DNA of 64,000 nt, from positions 1 through 64,000 of the forward strand of contig OZ241855.1 of assembly GCA_965202785.1 (NCBI GenBank), read 5' to 3'. The DNA is from Thermodesulfobacteriota bacterium (GTDB taxonomy: Bacteria > Desulfobacterota_D > UBA1144 > Nemesobacterales > Nemesobacteraceae). Of the stretch, positions 1 through 10,300 are shown piece after piece. The stretch's first letter is position 1, and every line of letters begins with the position of its first letter. The notes beneath the pieces were generated by a model, which saw only the letters and a list, made by a program, of their open reading frames with translations, had not been told where the DNA came from and made no database searches. The position numbers and the translations under genes are program-made.

Positions 1-1488
1 GCAGAGCTGGTCGGCTGGTCCGCCCTGGCCCACTCGCTTGACGTTGCCGCGCCAGTCCGCAATCTCTCCTGCGTTTCGCAAAGGCATGTTCGCGGAGGCA
101 AGCGAAGCGACGGCACCTGGAATATCTATGACAAGAGGTACCGCCCGGAGTCGACGCTCGAAGGACACCTGACCTTCGCAATGCGTCATGAAACGATCGA
201 TCTTCTGGTCCTCAAAAGAATTCTCCAGGCGGTTCCCGAGACCGCGCTTGTCGAAATGATCCGCGCCAAGCCGAGGGGGACCACGACGCGGAGGATATGG
301 TTCTTCTTTGAGACTCTGACCGGCAAGCGCCTCGACATTGCAGACGCCCCGGCGGCCACGGCCGTCGATGCCCTTGATCCGAACCATTACTATACAGGCG
401 AACGGATGATTTCACCGCGACACCGGGTCCGCAACAACCTTCTGGGTAACGGGAGCCTGTGTCCCATTATAAGACGAACCCCGAAACTCGAGAAAATGAT
501 TGCTCTTGATCTCCCGGCAAAGACGCGGGATACAATCGGAAAAGCCGGTGCGCAACTCATAGCGCGCGCCGCGAGCTTCGCGCTGCTCGAAGACAGCCGG
601 GCGAGTTTTGAGATCGAGGGGGAACGTCCGCCGGTTAACCGGCTCGAGCGGTGGGGGCGCGCGGTTATGGAAGCTGGGAAAAGACCCCTGCGCCAATCGG
701 AAATTTATCGTCTTCACAGCGTCCTGATGGGTGACGATCGTTTCAGAACCACAGGATACAGGACAGAAGAGGTGTTTCTCGGCCCTCGCAACCGCAATTA
801 TGAGCCCCTGCCCGAGTTTATAGGAGCGCCCCAGGGTGATGTTACGCATCTCATGACCGCGCTTGACGAATGCGGCGACCGCCTGCGCCACTCAGGCGTC
901 GACCCCGTTCTCCACGCCGCCTGCGTGGCGTTCGGGTTCGTATATATCCATCCGTTTACCGACGGAAACGGGCGTCTGCACCGCTGCCTGATTCACCAGA
1001 TACTGGCGGAGCGCAAATTCACGCCCCCGGAGATGGTATTTCCCGTTTCATCCGTAATGCTGACCCGCATAGATGACTACGGAGCCACATTGCGGGCGCA
1101 TTCCGGTCCGCTGATGCAGTTCATAGCCTGGAGGGCACTGCCGGACGGCAATGTGGAGATCACAAACGATACCTCGGACCTCTACCGCTATTACGACTGC
1201 ACGAACGAAGCGGAATTTCTCTACGACTGCATTCTGCAGACGACAGAATTCGACCTGCCGCGCGAAATCGACTACCTCAAGCGCCACGACGCTGTCGTGA
1301 AACGGATCATAAACGCCTTTGAAATGCCGGGTCGGACAGCGGAAGACATAATCATGCTCATTCGTCGCAATGGGGGCATTTTTCCCAGGAAACGCCGCAA
1401 GAAAGAATTCGCCAAGCTTGCTGAAAAAGAGATTGCCTCACTTGAAGCGATGGTGGCGGAGGGGTTCGCCGGTTTCGACCAAGAGTGA
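1..1488 (+). CDS. Fic-domain protein (5' partial; frame open from base 1)
   Basis: Canonical Fic motif HPFTDGNGRLHR; frame has no stop upstream of ATG 181 (AELVGWSALAH...LEGHLTFA). Confidence 0.9.
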   Translation, partial: AELVGWSALAHSLDVAAPVRNLSCVSQRHVRGGKRSDGTWNIYDKRYRPESTLEGHLTFAMRHETIDLLVLKRILQAVPETALVEMIRAKPRGTTTRRIWFFFETLTGKRLDIADAPAATAVDALDPNHYYTGERMISPRHRVRNNLLGNGSLCPIIRRTPKLEKMIALDLPAKTRDTIGKAGAQLIARAASFALLEDSRASFEIEGERPPVNRLERWGRAVMEAGKRPLRQSEIYRLHSVLMGDDRFRTTGYRTEEVFLGPRNRNYEPLPEFIGAPQGDVTHLMTALDECGDRLRHSGVDPVLHAACVAFGFVYIHPFTDGNGRLHRCLIHQILAERKFTPPEMVFPVSSVMLTRIDDYGATLRAHSGPLMQFIAWRALPDGNVEITNDTSDLYRYYDCTNEAEFLYDCILQTTEFDLPREIDYLKRHDAVVKRIINAFEMPGRTAEDIIMLIRRNGGIFPRKRRKKEFAKLAEKEIASLEAMVAEGFAGFDQE

Positions 1489-1522
1489 GGCTTTGAGTTC
1501 AGGCCGGCTTTTCCATACCGCC

Positions 1523-3199
1523 CTACGGCAGATCAGCTCGAGTGGCTCCTTTTATAAGCTCGCGGGCGACTTCAAAAGTTTTTTCAGACACGCTTTTTCC
1601 GGCAAGCATCCTGGCAAGTTCCTCTACCCTCTCCTCTTCACCGAGGGCATCCACCGAGACATCCGTTTCACTTTCGCTTGATTCCTTCGCAACCAGCAGA
1701 TGGGTGTTTGCGAACTTAGCAACCTGAGGGAGGTGCGTTATGCACACTACCTGGCTCTGGTCCGAGAGGTCCTTTATTTTCCTCCCTATGCTCTCGGCCA
1801 CAACTCCCCCTATCCCGGCATCCACTTCGTCGAATATGAAGATCGAGCCTGAATCGCCGGTGGAAACGAAGCTTTTAAGCAAAAGCATTATTCTTGAGAG
1901 TTCTCCGCCGGAAGCGACCCTGTTAACGGGCCTCGGAGCCTGGCCCGGGTTGGCGGAGAAAAGAAACTGCACGCTGTCGCGGCCGTCTCCCGAGAGATCC
2001 TTTTCAGAAAACTCCACCTCGAAACGGGCGTTTTTAAGCCCCACGGACTCTGCCTGCCCGGAGAAAAGATCCTGAAGCCGCTTGGCTCCCGCTTTTCTTG
2101 CGGCCGAAATCGAAGAAGCAAGAGCGGAAACCGTCTCCCGCAGGGAATCCCTTTTCCGCTCGATTTCCTCAAGCATCCCGGCCGAATTCTCAAGGCCTTC
2201 AAGCTCGGATTCGATCTCGTGCTGCTTTTTTATTATCTCCTCGATTGAATCCCCGTGCTTTCTCTTGAGCCTCCCTATCTCTTCAAGCCTCGAGAGCACC
2301 TCTTCAAGTCTCTGGGGGTTGTGTTCTACCTTTCCCGCGAATTCACTCAGACCGTAGAAAACATCCTCGGTTTCTATGAGTATGGCCGCTATTCTGTCAC
2401 GAAGTTCCCCGAGAGATGAATCAAGGTCAGAAACCTCCTCAAGGTGCGAGAGAGCCTGTTTCAGAAAGCCCATCGCCGAGCTCTCCCCCTCGTACACACA
2501 CCCGGTCGCGCTTGTGAGAGAAGATGAGAACCTCTCTGAGTTCTCAAGCCTCACCCTCTCCGCCTCAAGCTCGGAATCCTCATTCGGCGCAGGGGAGACT
2601 TTTTTTATCTCTTCAGCCTGGAATCTGAGATAATCCTCTTTTTCCGCCCCCTCCTGCTCTTTTTTCCTCAGAGCCTCAAGCTCATTCTCCGCGCGCACGA
2701 GCTCGGCGTAGGAGGCCTTGTATCCGGAGACTTCATGTTCAAGTTGAGAAAAAGCGTCTATATAACTTAAATAATTGCTTTTCTTAAGAAGGCTCTGGTG
2801 TTCATGCTGACCGAACATGTTAACAAGTCCGTCGGTCACCCCGGAGAGAGTCCCGAGCGTCGCCATCGAACCGTTTATATAAATCCTGTTCTTCCCGCCC
2901 GGGTTAAAGACCCTTTTTATGACAAGCTCGCCTTCTCCCTCCCCGATACCGAACTGCTCGAGTTTCTCCCCGATACCGCAGTCGCCCGGAATTTCGAAAA
3001 AAGCTTCTACCGATGTCTGCCTGTCGGCTGATTTAACGTGGTCCGCCGTAAACTTGTCACCGAGGATTATGTTTATGGCGTCAACAATCAGGGATTTTCC
3101 CGTACCCGTCTCCCCGGTAATTATGTTCAGGTTTGCCCCGAAACTGATGGAAATCTCATCTATTATGGCGAAATTCTTAAGCCTGAGTTCAACAAGCAT
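1523..3199 (-). CDS. recN: DNA repair protein RecN
   Basis: N-term LRLKNFAII, Walker A GETGTGKS, signature SGGELSR, FDEVDAG, ITHLPQVA; 558 aa. Confidence 0.97.
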   Translation of the reverse strand: MLVELRLKNFAIIDEISISFGANLNIITGETGTGKSLIVDAINIILGDKFTADHVKSADRQTSVEAFFEIPGDCGIGEKLEQFGIGEGEGELVIKRVFNPGGKNRIYINGSMATLGTLSGVTDGLVNMFGQHEHQSLLKKSNYLSYIDAFSQLEHEVSGYKASYAELVRAENELEALRKKEQEGAEKEDYLRFQAEEIKKVSPAPNEDSELEAERVRLENSERFSSSLTSATGCVYEGESSAMGFLKQALSHLEEVSDLDSSLGELRDRIAAILIETEDVFYGLSEFAGKVEHNPQRLEEVLSRLEEIGRLKRKHGDSIEEIIKKQHEIESELEGLENSAGMLEEIERKRDSLRETVSALASSISAARKAGAKRLQDLFSGQAESVGLKNARFEVEFSEKDLSGDGRDSVQFLFSANPGQAPRPVNRVASGGELSRIMLLLKSFVSTGDSGSIFIFDEVDAGIGGVVAESIGRKIKDLSDQSQVVCITHLPQVAKFANTHLLVAKESSESETDVSVDALGEEERVEELARMLAGKSVSEKTFEVARELIKGATRADLP

Positions 3200-3274
3200 C
3201 TGTTTTTAAAGCCCCCTGCCATACCTTCGCGGAACCGGCAGTTCCGCGAAAATCCCCCCGAGCCCCCGAAAGGT

Positions 3275-4570
3275 TCAGCTCCTTACCTGACCAGTTCCCG
3301 TTACCACGAACTTCGAAGTGGTCAGCTCCTCAAGCCCCATCGGGCCAAACGCGTGCAGTTTTGAAGTGCTTATGCCTATTTCAGCGCCAAGACCCAACTG
3401 GAAACCGTCATTGAACCTGGTCGACGTATTCACCATGACCGCGGAGGAATCCACTTCTTTTATGAATTTCTCAGAGTTTTCAGCGTCTTTCGTAACTATG
3501 GCGTCAGTATGCATGGAGCCGTAAGTCTGTATATGGCTTATAGCCTCGTCAATCGTCGAAACGACCCTTACGTTAAGGACAAGGTCAAGATACTCCTCGT
3601 ACCAGTCCTCTTCTGCCGCCGGGGCCACGTGGGGAACAAGCTTCCTAGTGTTCTCGCAGCCCTTTATGCTTACTCCCTCTCCCTCAAGCCCCTCTATTGT
3701 GGCCGGCAGGAAATCACTCGCCACAGAGGAGTGCACGAGCATTGTCTCCATGGAGTTACACACTCCGGGTCTCTGGACTTTCGCGTTCCGGCAGATTTCC
3801 TCGGCCATCCCGAGATCCGCATGCTCATCCACGTAAACGTGGCAGACCCCCTTGTAGTGCTTAAGAACCGGAATCCTTGAGTTCTCCGCGACAAACCTTA
3901 TAAGCCCCTCCCCTCCTCTTGGGATAATGAGATCTATTTTGTCCTCGAGCTTGAGCATTTCGGTCACGACCTCTCTGTCGGCAACCGGAACGACCTGGGC
4001 CGTGTACGGCGAAAGACCGCTTTGGGAAAGGGAATCGGCCATAAGTCTGGAGATGGCGAGGTTCGATCTTATCGTTTCCGAACCGCCACGGAGAATTACG
4101 CAATTGCCCGATTTAACGCAGAGTCCCGCGGCGTCGGCCGTAACACCCGGCCTTGACTCATAAATAATCCCTATGACTCCCAGGGGAATTCTTTTTTTCT
4201 CAACGGAAAGCCCGTTCGGCCTATCCCACTTTGCCGATATCTTGCCCACGGGGTCTGGAAGCTCCGCTATCTCCCGCAGTCCGTCGGCCAGGGAACTTAC
4301 CCTCGAGGGGTTAAGCCTCAGGCGGTCCACAAGGGCGCCTGAGAGACCTTTTTCCTCGGCGTCAGAAACGTCCTTTGAGTTTTCCGAGAGCAGATTGCCG
4401 GTTTCCCTTACCAGAAGGTCCGCGAAGCGCAAAAGGAAGTCGTTTTTCTGGGAAGACGGGGCGGAAGCCAAGGTTCTTGAGGCTTCCCTTGAATTCTCGG
4501 CGATACCGCTGATCAGCTGAGCTGGGCTCATTGAGTCAGAAGCCCCCGATTCATTGTTTGAAGCAGACAT
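3275..4570 (-). CDS. proA: Gamma-glutamyl phosphate reductase
   Basis: PLGVIGIIYESRP, LRGGSE, VCNSMET, GAEIGISTSKLHAFGPMGL motifs. Confidence 0.97.
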   Translation of the reverse strand: MSASNNESGASDSMSPAQLISGIAENSREASRTLASAPSSQKNDFLLRFADLLVRETGNLLSENSKDVSDAEEKGLSGALVDRLRLNPSRVSSLADGLREIAELPDPVGKISAKWDRPNGLSVEKKRIPLGVIGIIYESRPGVTADAAGLCVKSGNCVILRGGSETIRSNLAISRLMADSLSQSGLSPYTAQVVPVADREVVTEMLKLEDKIDLIIPRGGEGLIRFVAENSRIPVLKHYKGVCHVYVDEHADLGMAEEICRNAKVQRPGVCNSMETMLVHSSVASDFLPATIEGLEGEGVSIKGCENTRKLVPHVAPAAEEDWYEEYLDLVLNVRVVSTIDEAISHIQTYGSMHTDAIVTKDAENSEKFIKEVDSSAVMVNTSTRFNDGFQLGLGAEIGISTSKLHAFGPMGLEELTTSKFVVTGTGQVRS

Positions 4571-4668
4571 CCGTGTTTCCGAGAAAAACTTTAACGCAAT
4601 CCTAATTATTATGATCTATAAACGCGAATAAAAGAAGCGGCTTCGAAGAGACGGCCCCCAGGCCCCCC

Positions 4669-5271
4669 TTATCCCATGCTCACCACGTCGCGCGCACGCA
4701 GGTAATCGAGTATCTGCTGCTTGCACTCCTCGATAGAGTGCTTCTCCGTATCAACCACGATTTCGGGGCTTGAGGGCTCCTCGTACGGATCGTCAATGCC
4801 CGTAAATCCCTTTATAACCCCCTCTCTGGCCTTCTTGTAAAGCCCCTTTACGTCCCGCTGCTCGCACTGCTCAACGGAGCAGTCGACGAATACCTCGACG
4901 AATTCCCCTTCCTCAACAAGCTCCCTTATCGCGTCACGGTCGGCGCGGTAGGGGGAAACGAAAGCGGAGAGAACAAGAACTCCCGCGTCCATGAAAAGCT
5001 TGGACACCTCCCCTATTCTCCTTATATTCTCCTCGCGGTCCTCTGCGGAAAAACCGAGATCCTTGCAGAGACCCATCCTCACGTTGTCTCCGTCCAGTAT
5101 GTAGGTGCGGTGGTTTCGCTGTATAAGTTCTTTTTCGATTTCATTGGCAAGAGTGGATTTTCCGGAACTCGGAAGTCCGGTGAACCATAGAATCAAAGAA
5201 CCGTGGCCGTTTAGCCTTCTTCTGTCCTCTTTAGTGATTTCATGCTGATGGGGAATAACAAACCTTTCCAT
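4669..5271 (-). CDS. cysC: Adenylyl-sulfate kinase
   Basis: WFTGLPSSGKST, LDGDNVR, RDVKGLY, FTGIDDPYEEP. Confidence 0.97.
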   Translation of the reverse strand: MERFVIPHQHEITKEDRRRLNGHGSLILWFTGLPSSGKSTLANEIEKELIQRNHRTYILDGDNVRMGLCKDLGFSAEDREENIRRIGEVSKLFMDAGVLVLSAFVSPYRADRDAIRELVEEGEFVEVFVDCSVEQCEQRDVKGLYKKAREGVIKGFTGIDDPYEEPSSPEIVVDTEKHSIEECKQQILDYLRARDVVSMG

Positions 5272-5438
5272 TTATGTTGCCTCCAAGATTGTAAGATGCG
5301 GATATGATTTAAAAAAGAGAAGGAAAAACAGAGTAAGACTGTCAAGCTTTTCGTGCTAATTCCTCTTTCTTCCCAAAGCTCTTGGGGCAACATTATACAG
5401 CACGGAAACAAGGGTTGTCCACACTAACGGGGATTCGC

Positions 5439-7076
5439 TTAACCAGAGAGAAAATCCTTCCGGATTAGGTGCCGCTTTTCTCTTCGCAAGCCTCTGGCCG
5501 AAACTGCGAAAAGGAGCAGCGCAGCGAGCAAAAACTGGGCAAGCATCCCGCTTCGAGATGTATTCTGCGCCTGCTGCTCTGCGGCAACTGCGCATCCGAG
5601 GCCGCCTCCTCCTGTCTCCTCCCCCGGCGGCGACACGGAGTCCGGCGGAGGGATACCTGGTTCCGGATCATTATCCCGGTTGGTTAACGACACGTCAGCA
5701 GGGTCAAAGCCATGATAGAACCTGTCCCGGCTCTGCGCCCGCTCAAGCACGATAGCGTAGCGTCTGGCACCATCCTCATCACTGTCGTTCATGCCGGTTA
5801 CCGTCACGGTCTTCGCAACCTCCCAGTCATCGGGAGTGAACTCAAGCGCCCGGGTGTCGGCCCTTCCCTCAGACGGATCGCTGCTGCGAAGCGGAATTAT
5901 GACGTCGCTTATCGGCTCTGATTCAAGTTTCACCTGGAACACAGCCGCCCCGCCCCCCTCCGTGGTCACAAGCCCCGAAGTCGGCGTGACGCTTATTCCG
6001 GTCGCCACGCAGGAAGGCGGAAAGCCTTCGTCGTTTATTTCCCAGCCCATGTCCCTGAGCATGGCAAGACTCAGATCCATGTCCACGGGAAAGGGGTAGA
6101 GATATTCCATGATATCGTCTGTTTCAGTATGAACATGGGTTATGGAACTGCCCTCCTCAAAAGTCGGGGGAGCGTGGAGTTGGGGTTTTCCGTCCGGAGC
6201 TACGCCGGCGGATTTAAGCTCGGCCATGCGCTGTCCGTAACTGCACGAATTTTCCTCCCCTGGCCGCGCGGTTCCGGCCCACAGAAGACCGGTGTCAGAA
6301 GTAATGGCCCGCTCCCTGTCCTGTGGCTCAAGATTGACGATAAATTCACGGTCCTCCTCCGAGTACATCTGCACGTCGTAGATTCTCTGCCACTCCGGCA
6401 CATCAAGTGAAAAACTCTGGGTCGGGCCAGTCACATCAAGGGTCGCACTGGGAAAAGAACCATCTTCCTCAAGGGATGAATGAAACCCGAGCCCGTGAAT
6501 GATCTCGTGCATGGAAAGGGCAACGAAATCTATTGAAAACGGCGGCACTTCCCCGCGAAAACCGTAATAGAACTCAAGGCTCCTTGAGAATTCCACAACG
6601 AGATGAGGCGCCGATTCGTCTATTAAAGTTCTCCCTGCGATTTTCTCCGCAAGCGCCGGGGGGTAGGCTATGTGCAGCAGTTCTTCCGGGCCGAAACTTA
6701 TAGCTTTCCCCGCATAAGCTTTGGCGACCGTGGCTTCATCCTCAAAGAATCTGAACGACACCTCGACCCGGATTGTGTTCGGACCCGGCAATTTCCGCTC
6801 AAGCAAGCTGGCGGCGTGCTCAAAGGCGTTTCTCCTCGCTTCCCCGAGCGTGCCCGCGTTATTGCCGTTATCGCCGAGCAGCGCCCTTTCCTCATCCGCC
6901 AACCCGGTCGCATCATTAAACCCGATTCCGGGAACGTCAGTGTATATCGCCTTGATCGTAACCGCGCCGCTATGGGAAACCGCGGGAAAAACGGTCAGCA
7001 GAAAAAAAAGAAGCCCGATGGAAAAATTATTCACTTCGCTTTTCTTAATGACGTGTGGTTTCGAGTTCACCTTCAT
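5439..7076 (-). CDS. Exported zinc-metallopeptidase-like surface protein with Ig/Calx-beta-like domain and C-terminal Gly-rich-Cys-TM tail
   Basis: Signal peptide (FFLLTVFPAVSHS), HEIIHGLG zinc motif, beta-sandwich segment ISVTPTSGLVTTEGG...TVTVTGMND, tail GGGGLGCAVA...hydrophobic...RREKR. Confidence 0.75.
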   Translation of the reverse strand: MKVNSKPHVIKKSEVNNFSIGLLFFLLTVFPAVSHSGAVTIKAIYTDVPGIGFNDATGLADEERALLGDNGNNAGTLGEARRNAFEHAASLLERKLPGPNTIRVEVSFRFFEDEATVAKAYAGKAISFGPEELLHIAYPPALAEKIAGRTLIDESAPHLVVEFSRSLEFYYGFRGEVPPFSIDFVALSMHEIIHGLGFHSSLEEDGSFPSATLDVTGPTQSFSLDVPEWQRIYDVQMYSEEDREFIVNLEPQDRERAITSDTGLLWAGTARPGEENSCSYGQRMAELKSAGVAPDGKPQLHAPPTFEEGSSITHVHTETDDIMEYLYPFPVDMDLSLAMLRDMGWEINDEGFPPSCVATGISVTPTSGLVTTEGGGAAVFQVKLESEPISDVIIPLRSSDPSEGRADTRALEFTPDDWEVAKTVTVTGMNDSDEDGARRYAIVLERAQSRDRFYHGFDPADVSLTNRDNDPEPGIPPPDSVSPPGEETGGGGLGCAVAAEQQAQNTSRSGMLAQFLLAALLLFAVSARGLRREKRHLIRKDFLSG

Positions 7077-7274
7077 AACCAGTAGGACCAGGCGCTACCA
7101 GAATAACCTAGAAAACCGGCCCATTCCAGAGCGCGGTCGCGAACACGAAATGAAAACCATATAAAACTTGATTCTTCATACCGTAATAATTAGAATCTAG
7201 TTCCGAAACCGGGGGCGGGATTGCCTGTTACAGATTCCGCTTAACGACCGGAATCTGGTTTTCCGGAGTGATTT

Positions 7275-7706
7275 ATGGCTTCCGAAGTCAAAGACAAGCT
7301 TGTGAGTTTCAGAATTCCCGAAAGTGACTATGACTACGTGTGTTCCAACGCCGCCAGCAAGGACATAAGCTCAAGCGAATTTATAAGAATAGCGATAGAA
7401 AAGACCCGAGAGGACGGCAATGAGCCTACCAGGTCCGATGTAATCGTTTACCTGAAGAACCTGAGCGCCTCGGAAAGAGACGAGATTCTTGACAAGGCGG
7501 AAGGCACCCGGAAAAGAAGAATAAGGTCTTTCATAAACGACGCGATCTCCCGCAAACCCGGCATTAAAGGGAAAGAACTCTGTGAAATGGTAAGCAGGGA
7601 GTTTGACCTGCCGATCACCCTTGATCTAAAGCACAAGGTGTATCTAAGAATAAAAAGCCGGAGGAGAAGGAAAAACCTGGTAGGGAAGCTTGAGAAGGAA
7701 TACTAG
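7275..7706 (+). CDS. Hypothetical DNA-binding protein, N-terminal ribbon-helix-helix-like
   Basis: SD GGAG; KLVSFRIPESDYDYV...SSSEFIRIAI pattern; basic C-terminus. Confidence 0.55.
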   Translation: MASEVKDKLVSFRIPESDYDYVCSNAASKDISSSEFIRIAIEKTREDGNEPTRSDVIVYLKNLSASERDEILDKAEGTRKRRIRSFINDAISRKPGIKGKELCEMVSREFDLPITLDLKHKVYLRIKSRRRRKNLVGKLEKEY

Positions 7707-7811
7707 ATACACGGCACCGAGTCCCCCTGAAGCGGCGCATCCCGTTTTAGCTCCCGCCGCAAAACTGACAGTCAGACAGTCATTTCAATCACATAAACAC
7801 GGAGGCAAAAG

Positions 7812-8231
7812 ATGGAAAGAACGTTGTCAATAGTAAAACCCGACGGAGTCGGAGCGAACCTGATCGGCGAGGTTCTCAGGAGGTTCGAGGAGACGGGGAT
7901 TAGCGTCGTCGCGCTCAGGATGATACACCTTTCAAAGAAACAGGCCGAGGGATTCTACCACGTGCACAGGGAAAGACCCTTTTTCTCAAGCCTGACGGAC
8001 TTCATGTCCTCGGGACCGTGCGTGGTAATGGTTCTTGAGGGAGAGGAGGCCATCTCAAGGGTAAGAGCGATCATGGGCGCCACGAACCCGGAGGAAGCGG
8101 ATCCCGGGACCATAAGAAAGGATTTCGCCTCCGGCATAGAAAAGAACATAGTGCACGGGTCGGATTCTCCGGAATCGGCCGCCTACGAGATAGGATATTT
8201 CTTCAGCGAGCTTGAAATAAACAGCCGATAG
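7812..8231 (+). CDS. ndk: Nucleoside diphosphate kinase
   Basis: [28 protein letters not shown] active-site His. Confidence 0.98.
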   Translation: MERTLSIVKPDGVGANLIGEVLRRFEETGISVVALRMIHLSKKQAEGFYHVHRERPFFSSLTDFMSSGPCVVMVLEGEEAISRVRAIMGATNPEEADPGTIRKDFASGIEKNIVHGSDSPESAAYEIGYFFSELEINSR

Positions 8232-8275
8232 GGTCCCGCCCGCAGACCACCTCGGCCAGGGAGAAAAAGCAGGTC

Positions 8276-9238
8276 GTGCCTTCTGAGAAAAGCATCGACA
8301 TTCATCCGGTCACCGTACTTAAAAGCACCCAGCCCCTTCTGATTGAGGATTTTATCGAGGAACTGAAAAAGGAACTCTCGACGAGCTCTCCCAAATTGCT
8401 GGTTGAAAGCAGAAACCTGGACGACGCGCCCCTCCCGGAAATACTCGAGGACGCGCGGACCCTGCCCATGTTTCACGAGAAAAAACTGATCGTGGTGAAG
8501 GGATACGACGGCCTGGGAAAGGACGATCTTGATCTGCTTAACCAATACGCCGGGGCCCCGGCCTCTTCCTCCGTGCTGGTCCTGCTCTCCGGGGCTTCCA
8601 AGAAAAGAAAAGCAAAACCCGCAAGCGGCATAAGGCTCGTCGACCTTGACAGAGGAAGCAGCCCCGAGCGGGAAATAGAACGCCTGGCGGAAAAACTCGG
8701 AATGTCTCTTGCCCCCGGAGCCGTCGGTTTCATAAAAGCCATGCTCGGCGAAGACATGAACCTCGTAAGGAACGAACTTGAGAAGATATCCCTTTATGTG
8801 GACAGGGAAAAGGCCATAGGCGAGAAGGAATTAAGGGGGCTTATGGAGAAACGGAGCACCGAGAACGTGTTTTCCCTCTCAACCGCGCTTTCAAACAGGG
8901 ACCTCAAGGGGTCTCTCAGGATACTGCGGGAGCTTGAGAAAAACAGGGAGGACCCCCTCTCCATACTCTACATGATTGCCTGGAGATTCCGCCAGATATT
9001 CAAGGTCTCGCAGTTTCTTCGGGAAGGAAAATCCGATGAAGGGATCGCAAAGGCCATAAAAACATCCCGCGGGGCAGTCTTTTACCTTAAAAAAAGCGTG
9101 CGGAACTTCAGGGAAAACGATCTTGGCAGGATACTTGGGCTTATAGAGGAAACGGACTTCGGAATGAAAAACAGTTCCGGGAACAATTACATACTTCTTG
9201 AAAAACTTCTTCTGGGAATCTGCTCGCGGGAAACCTAG
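8276..9238 (+). CDS. holA: DNA polymerase III delta subunit
   Basis: TLPMFHEKKLIVVK, NELEKISLY motifs; convergent with rpsT, a common arrangement. Confidence 0.88.
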   Translation: MPSEKSIDIHPVTVLKSTQPLLIEDFIEELKKELSTSSPKLLVESRNLDDAPLPEILEDARTLPMFHEKKLIVVKGYDGLGKDDLDLLNQYAGAPASSSVLVLLSGASKKRKAKPASGIRLVDLDRGSSPEREIERLAEKLGMSLAPGAVGFIKAMLGEDMNLVRNELEKISLYVDREKAIGEKELRGLMEKRSTENVFSLSTALSNRDLKGSLRILRELEKNREDPLSILYMIAWRFRQIFKVSQFLREGKSDEGIAKAIKTSRGAVFYLKKSVRNFRENDLGRILGLIEETDFGMKNSSGNNYILLEKLLLGICSRET

Positions 9239-9516
9239 GAGCCGGCGCCCTGGCTGAGGTCCGAAAGCTTCTTTGAGAACCTCGATACGTATCTTGAGGC
9301 TTTTTTCCTGTGCATAACCCCTTTAGTGGCGGCCTTGTCCGTAAGGGAAACCAGTTCCTTCAGGAGAGCCTGCGACTGTTCGATATCCTCGTTCCCAACA
9401 GCTTCTGAGTAACGCTTGATCTTGGTTTTAAGAGTGGACGTTACAAACTTGTTTCTCTCCCGTCTTTTCAGGTTCTGGCGATGCTTTTTCTGCGCCGATT
9501 TCGTTCTAAGACCCAT
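9235..9516 (-). CDS. rpsT: 30S ribosomal protein S20
   Basis: KSAQKKHRQ...RN, DKAATKGVMHRKKASR. Confidence 0.95.
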   Translation of the reverse strand: MGLRTKSAQKKHRQNLKRRERNKFVTSTLKTKIKRYSEAVGNEDIEQSQALLKELVSLTDKAATKGVMHRKKASRYVSRFSKKLSDLSQGAGS

Positions 9517-9549
9517 AGAAATCCTCCGGGGTTTACAAATGAGCGTCTA

Positions 9550-9577
9550 AGTCTACATCTTCTCCCTGCATTGTCAA
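9550..9577 (-). promoter_or_regulatory. Putative sigma70 promoter of rpsT
   Basis: Minus strand TTGACA-N16-TAGACT upstream of SD GGAGG. Confidence 0.55.
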
Positions 9578-9724
9578 TATGAACTGAAGGGGATGATACG
9601 CAATGTCAGCCAAAGCCCAGGAGTCCGCAAGGACTGCGGTGAGTTGCGGTACGCTTTGGAGGGGGTGAAAAAAAGAGATCGGCATCCTGGACAAACACTG
9701 ATTGGAAAGTGGTTCTGCCGTGGC

Positions 9725-10084
9725 CTACCCCCCTTCTTTTATTGCTTCTATGGCTTCGGAACGGGACTCGAACACTTCAATTACCTTGTCGAAAGCCACC
9801 ATCCTGAAGATTTTATTTGTCGCCCCGGACAGAGAACACACCGCAAACTTCGCTTTGCTTTCCTGCAACCTTTTCGCAACCATCAGGATTGAACGTAACC
9901 CCGCACTGTTGATGTAGGTGAGCCCCTCAAGGTCAAGAAGCGTGAACTTGTCGGGACCGCCAGTCGCTCCCCACAGCTTCTTGTGAAATTCCCGCGCCTC
10001 AAGACCGCGAATCCCGCCGGATAAACTTATCACGAGAACTCCTTCTATCTGCTCGGTTTGAAACTTGAATGATGATTCCTTTAT
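9725..10084 (-). CDS. STAS-domain anti-sigma factor antagonist (start uncertain: GTG 10033 or ATA 10084)
   Basis: LDLEGLTYINSAGLRSIL phosphorylation motif; frame extends upstream (FKFQTEQIEGVLVISL) to SD GAGGTG. Confidence 0.85.
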   Translation of the reverse strand: MKESSFKFQTEQIEGVLVISLSGGIRGLEAREFHKKLWGATGGPDKFTLLDLEGLTYINSAGLRSILMVAKRLQESKAKFAVCSLSGATNKIFRMVAFDKVIEVFESRSEAIEAIKEGG

Positions 10085-10300
10085 CAGAACACCTCGTATT
10101 TAATAACTATCGGTCAATTGCTACGGAGATTATATACGGCAACCAGCTTTTCAGAAGCAAGAGGACGGGGTTTTCCAGCCATTGAAAGTTATAACTATAT
10201 CATAGAGAAGCAGGGAAACAACTTGTTCTCGGCTAGCGTTTCATGGTCTTGATTAACACTCTCTGCTACCCACAATCCCCGCGGCCAAACTTTAAGAGGG

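Noticed and set aside
9615-9660. SRP RNA or c-di-GMP-I riboswitch
   Set aside because: Lacks the SRP AGCAG loop and the GEMM P1 consensus; no downstream gene on that strand
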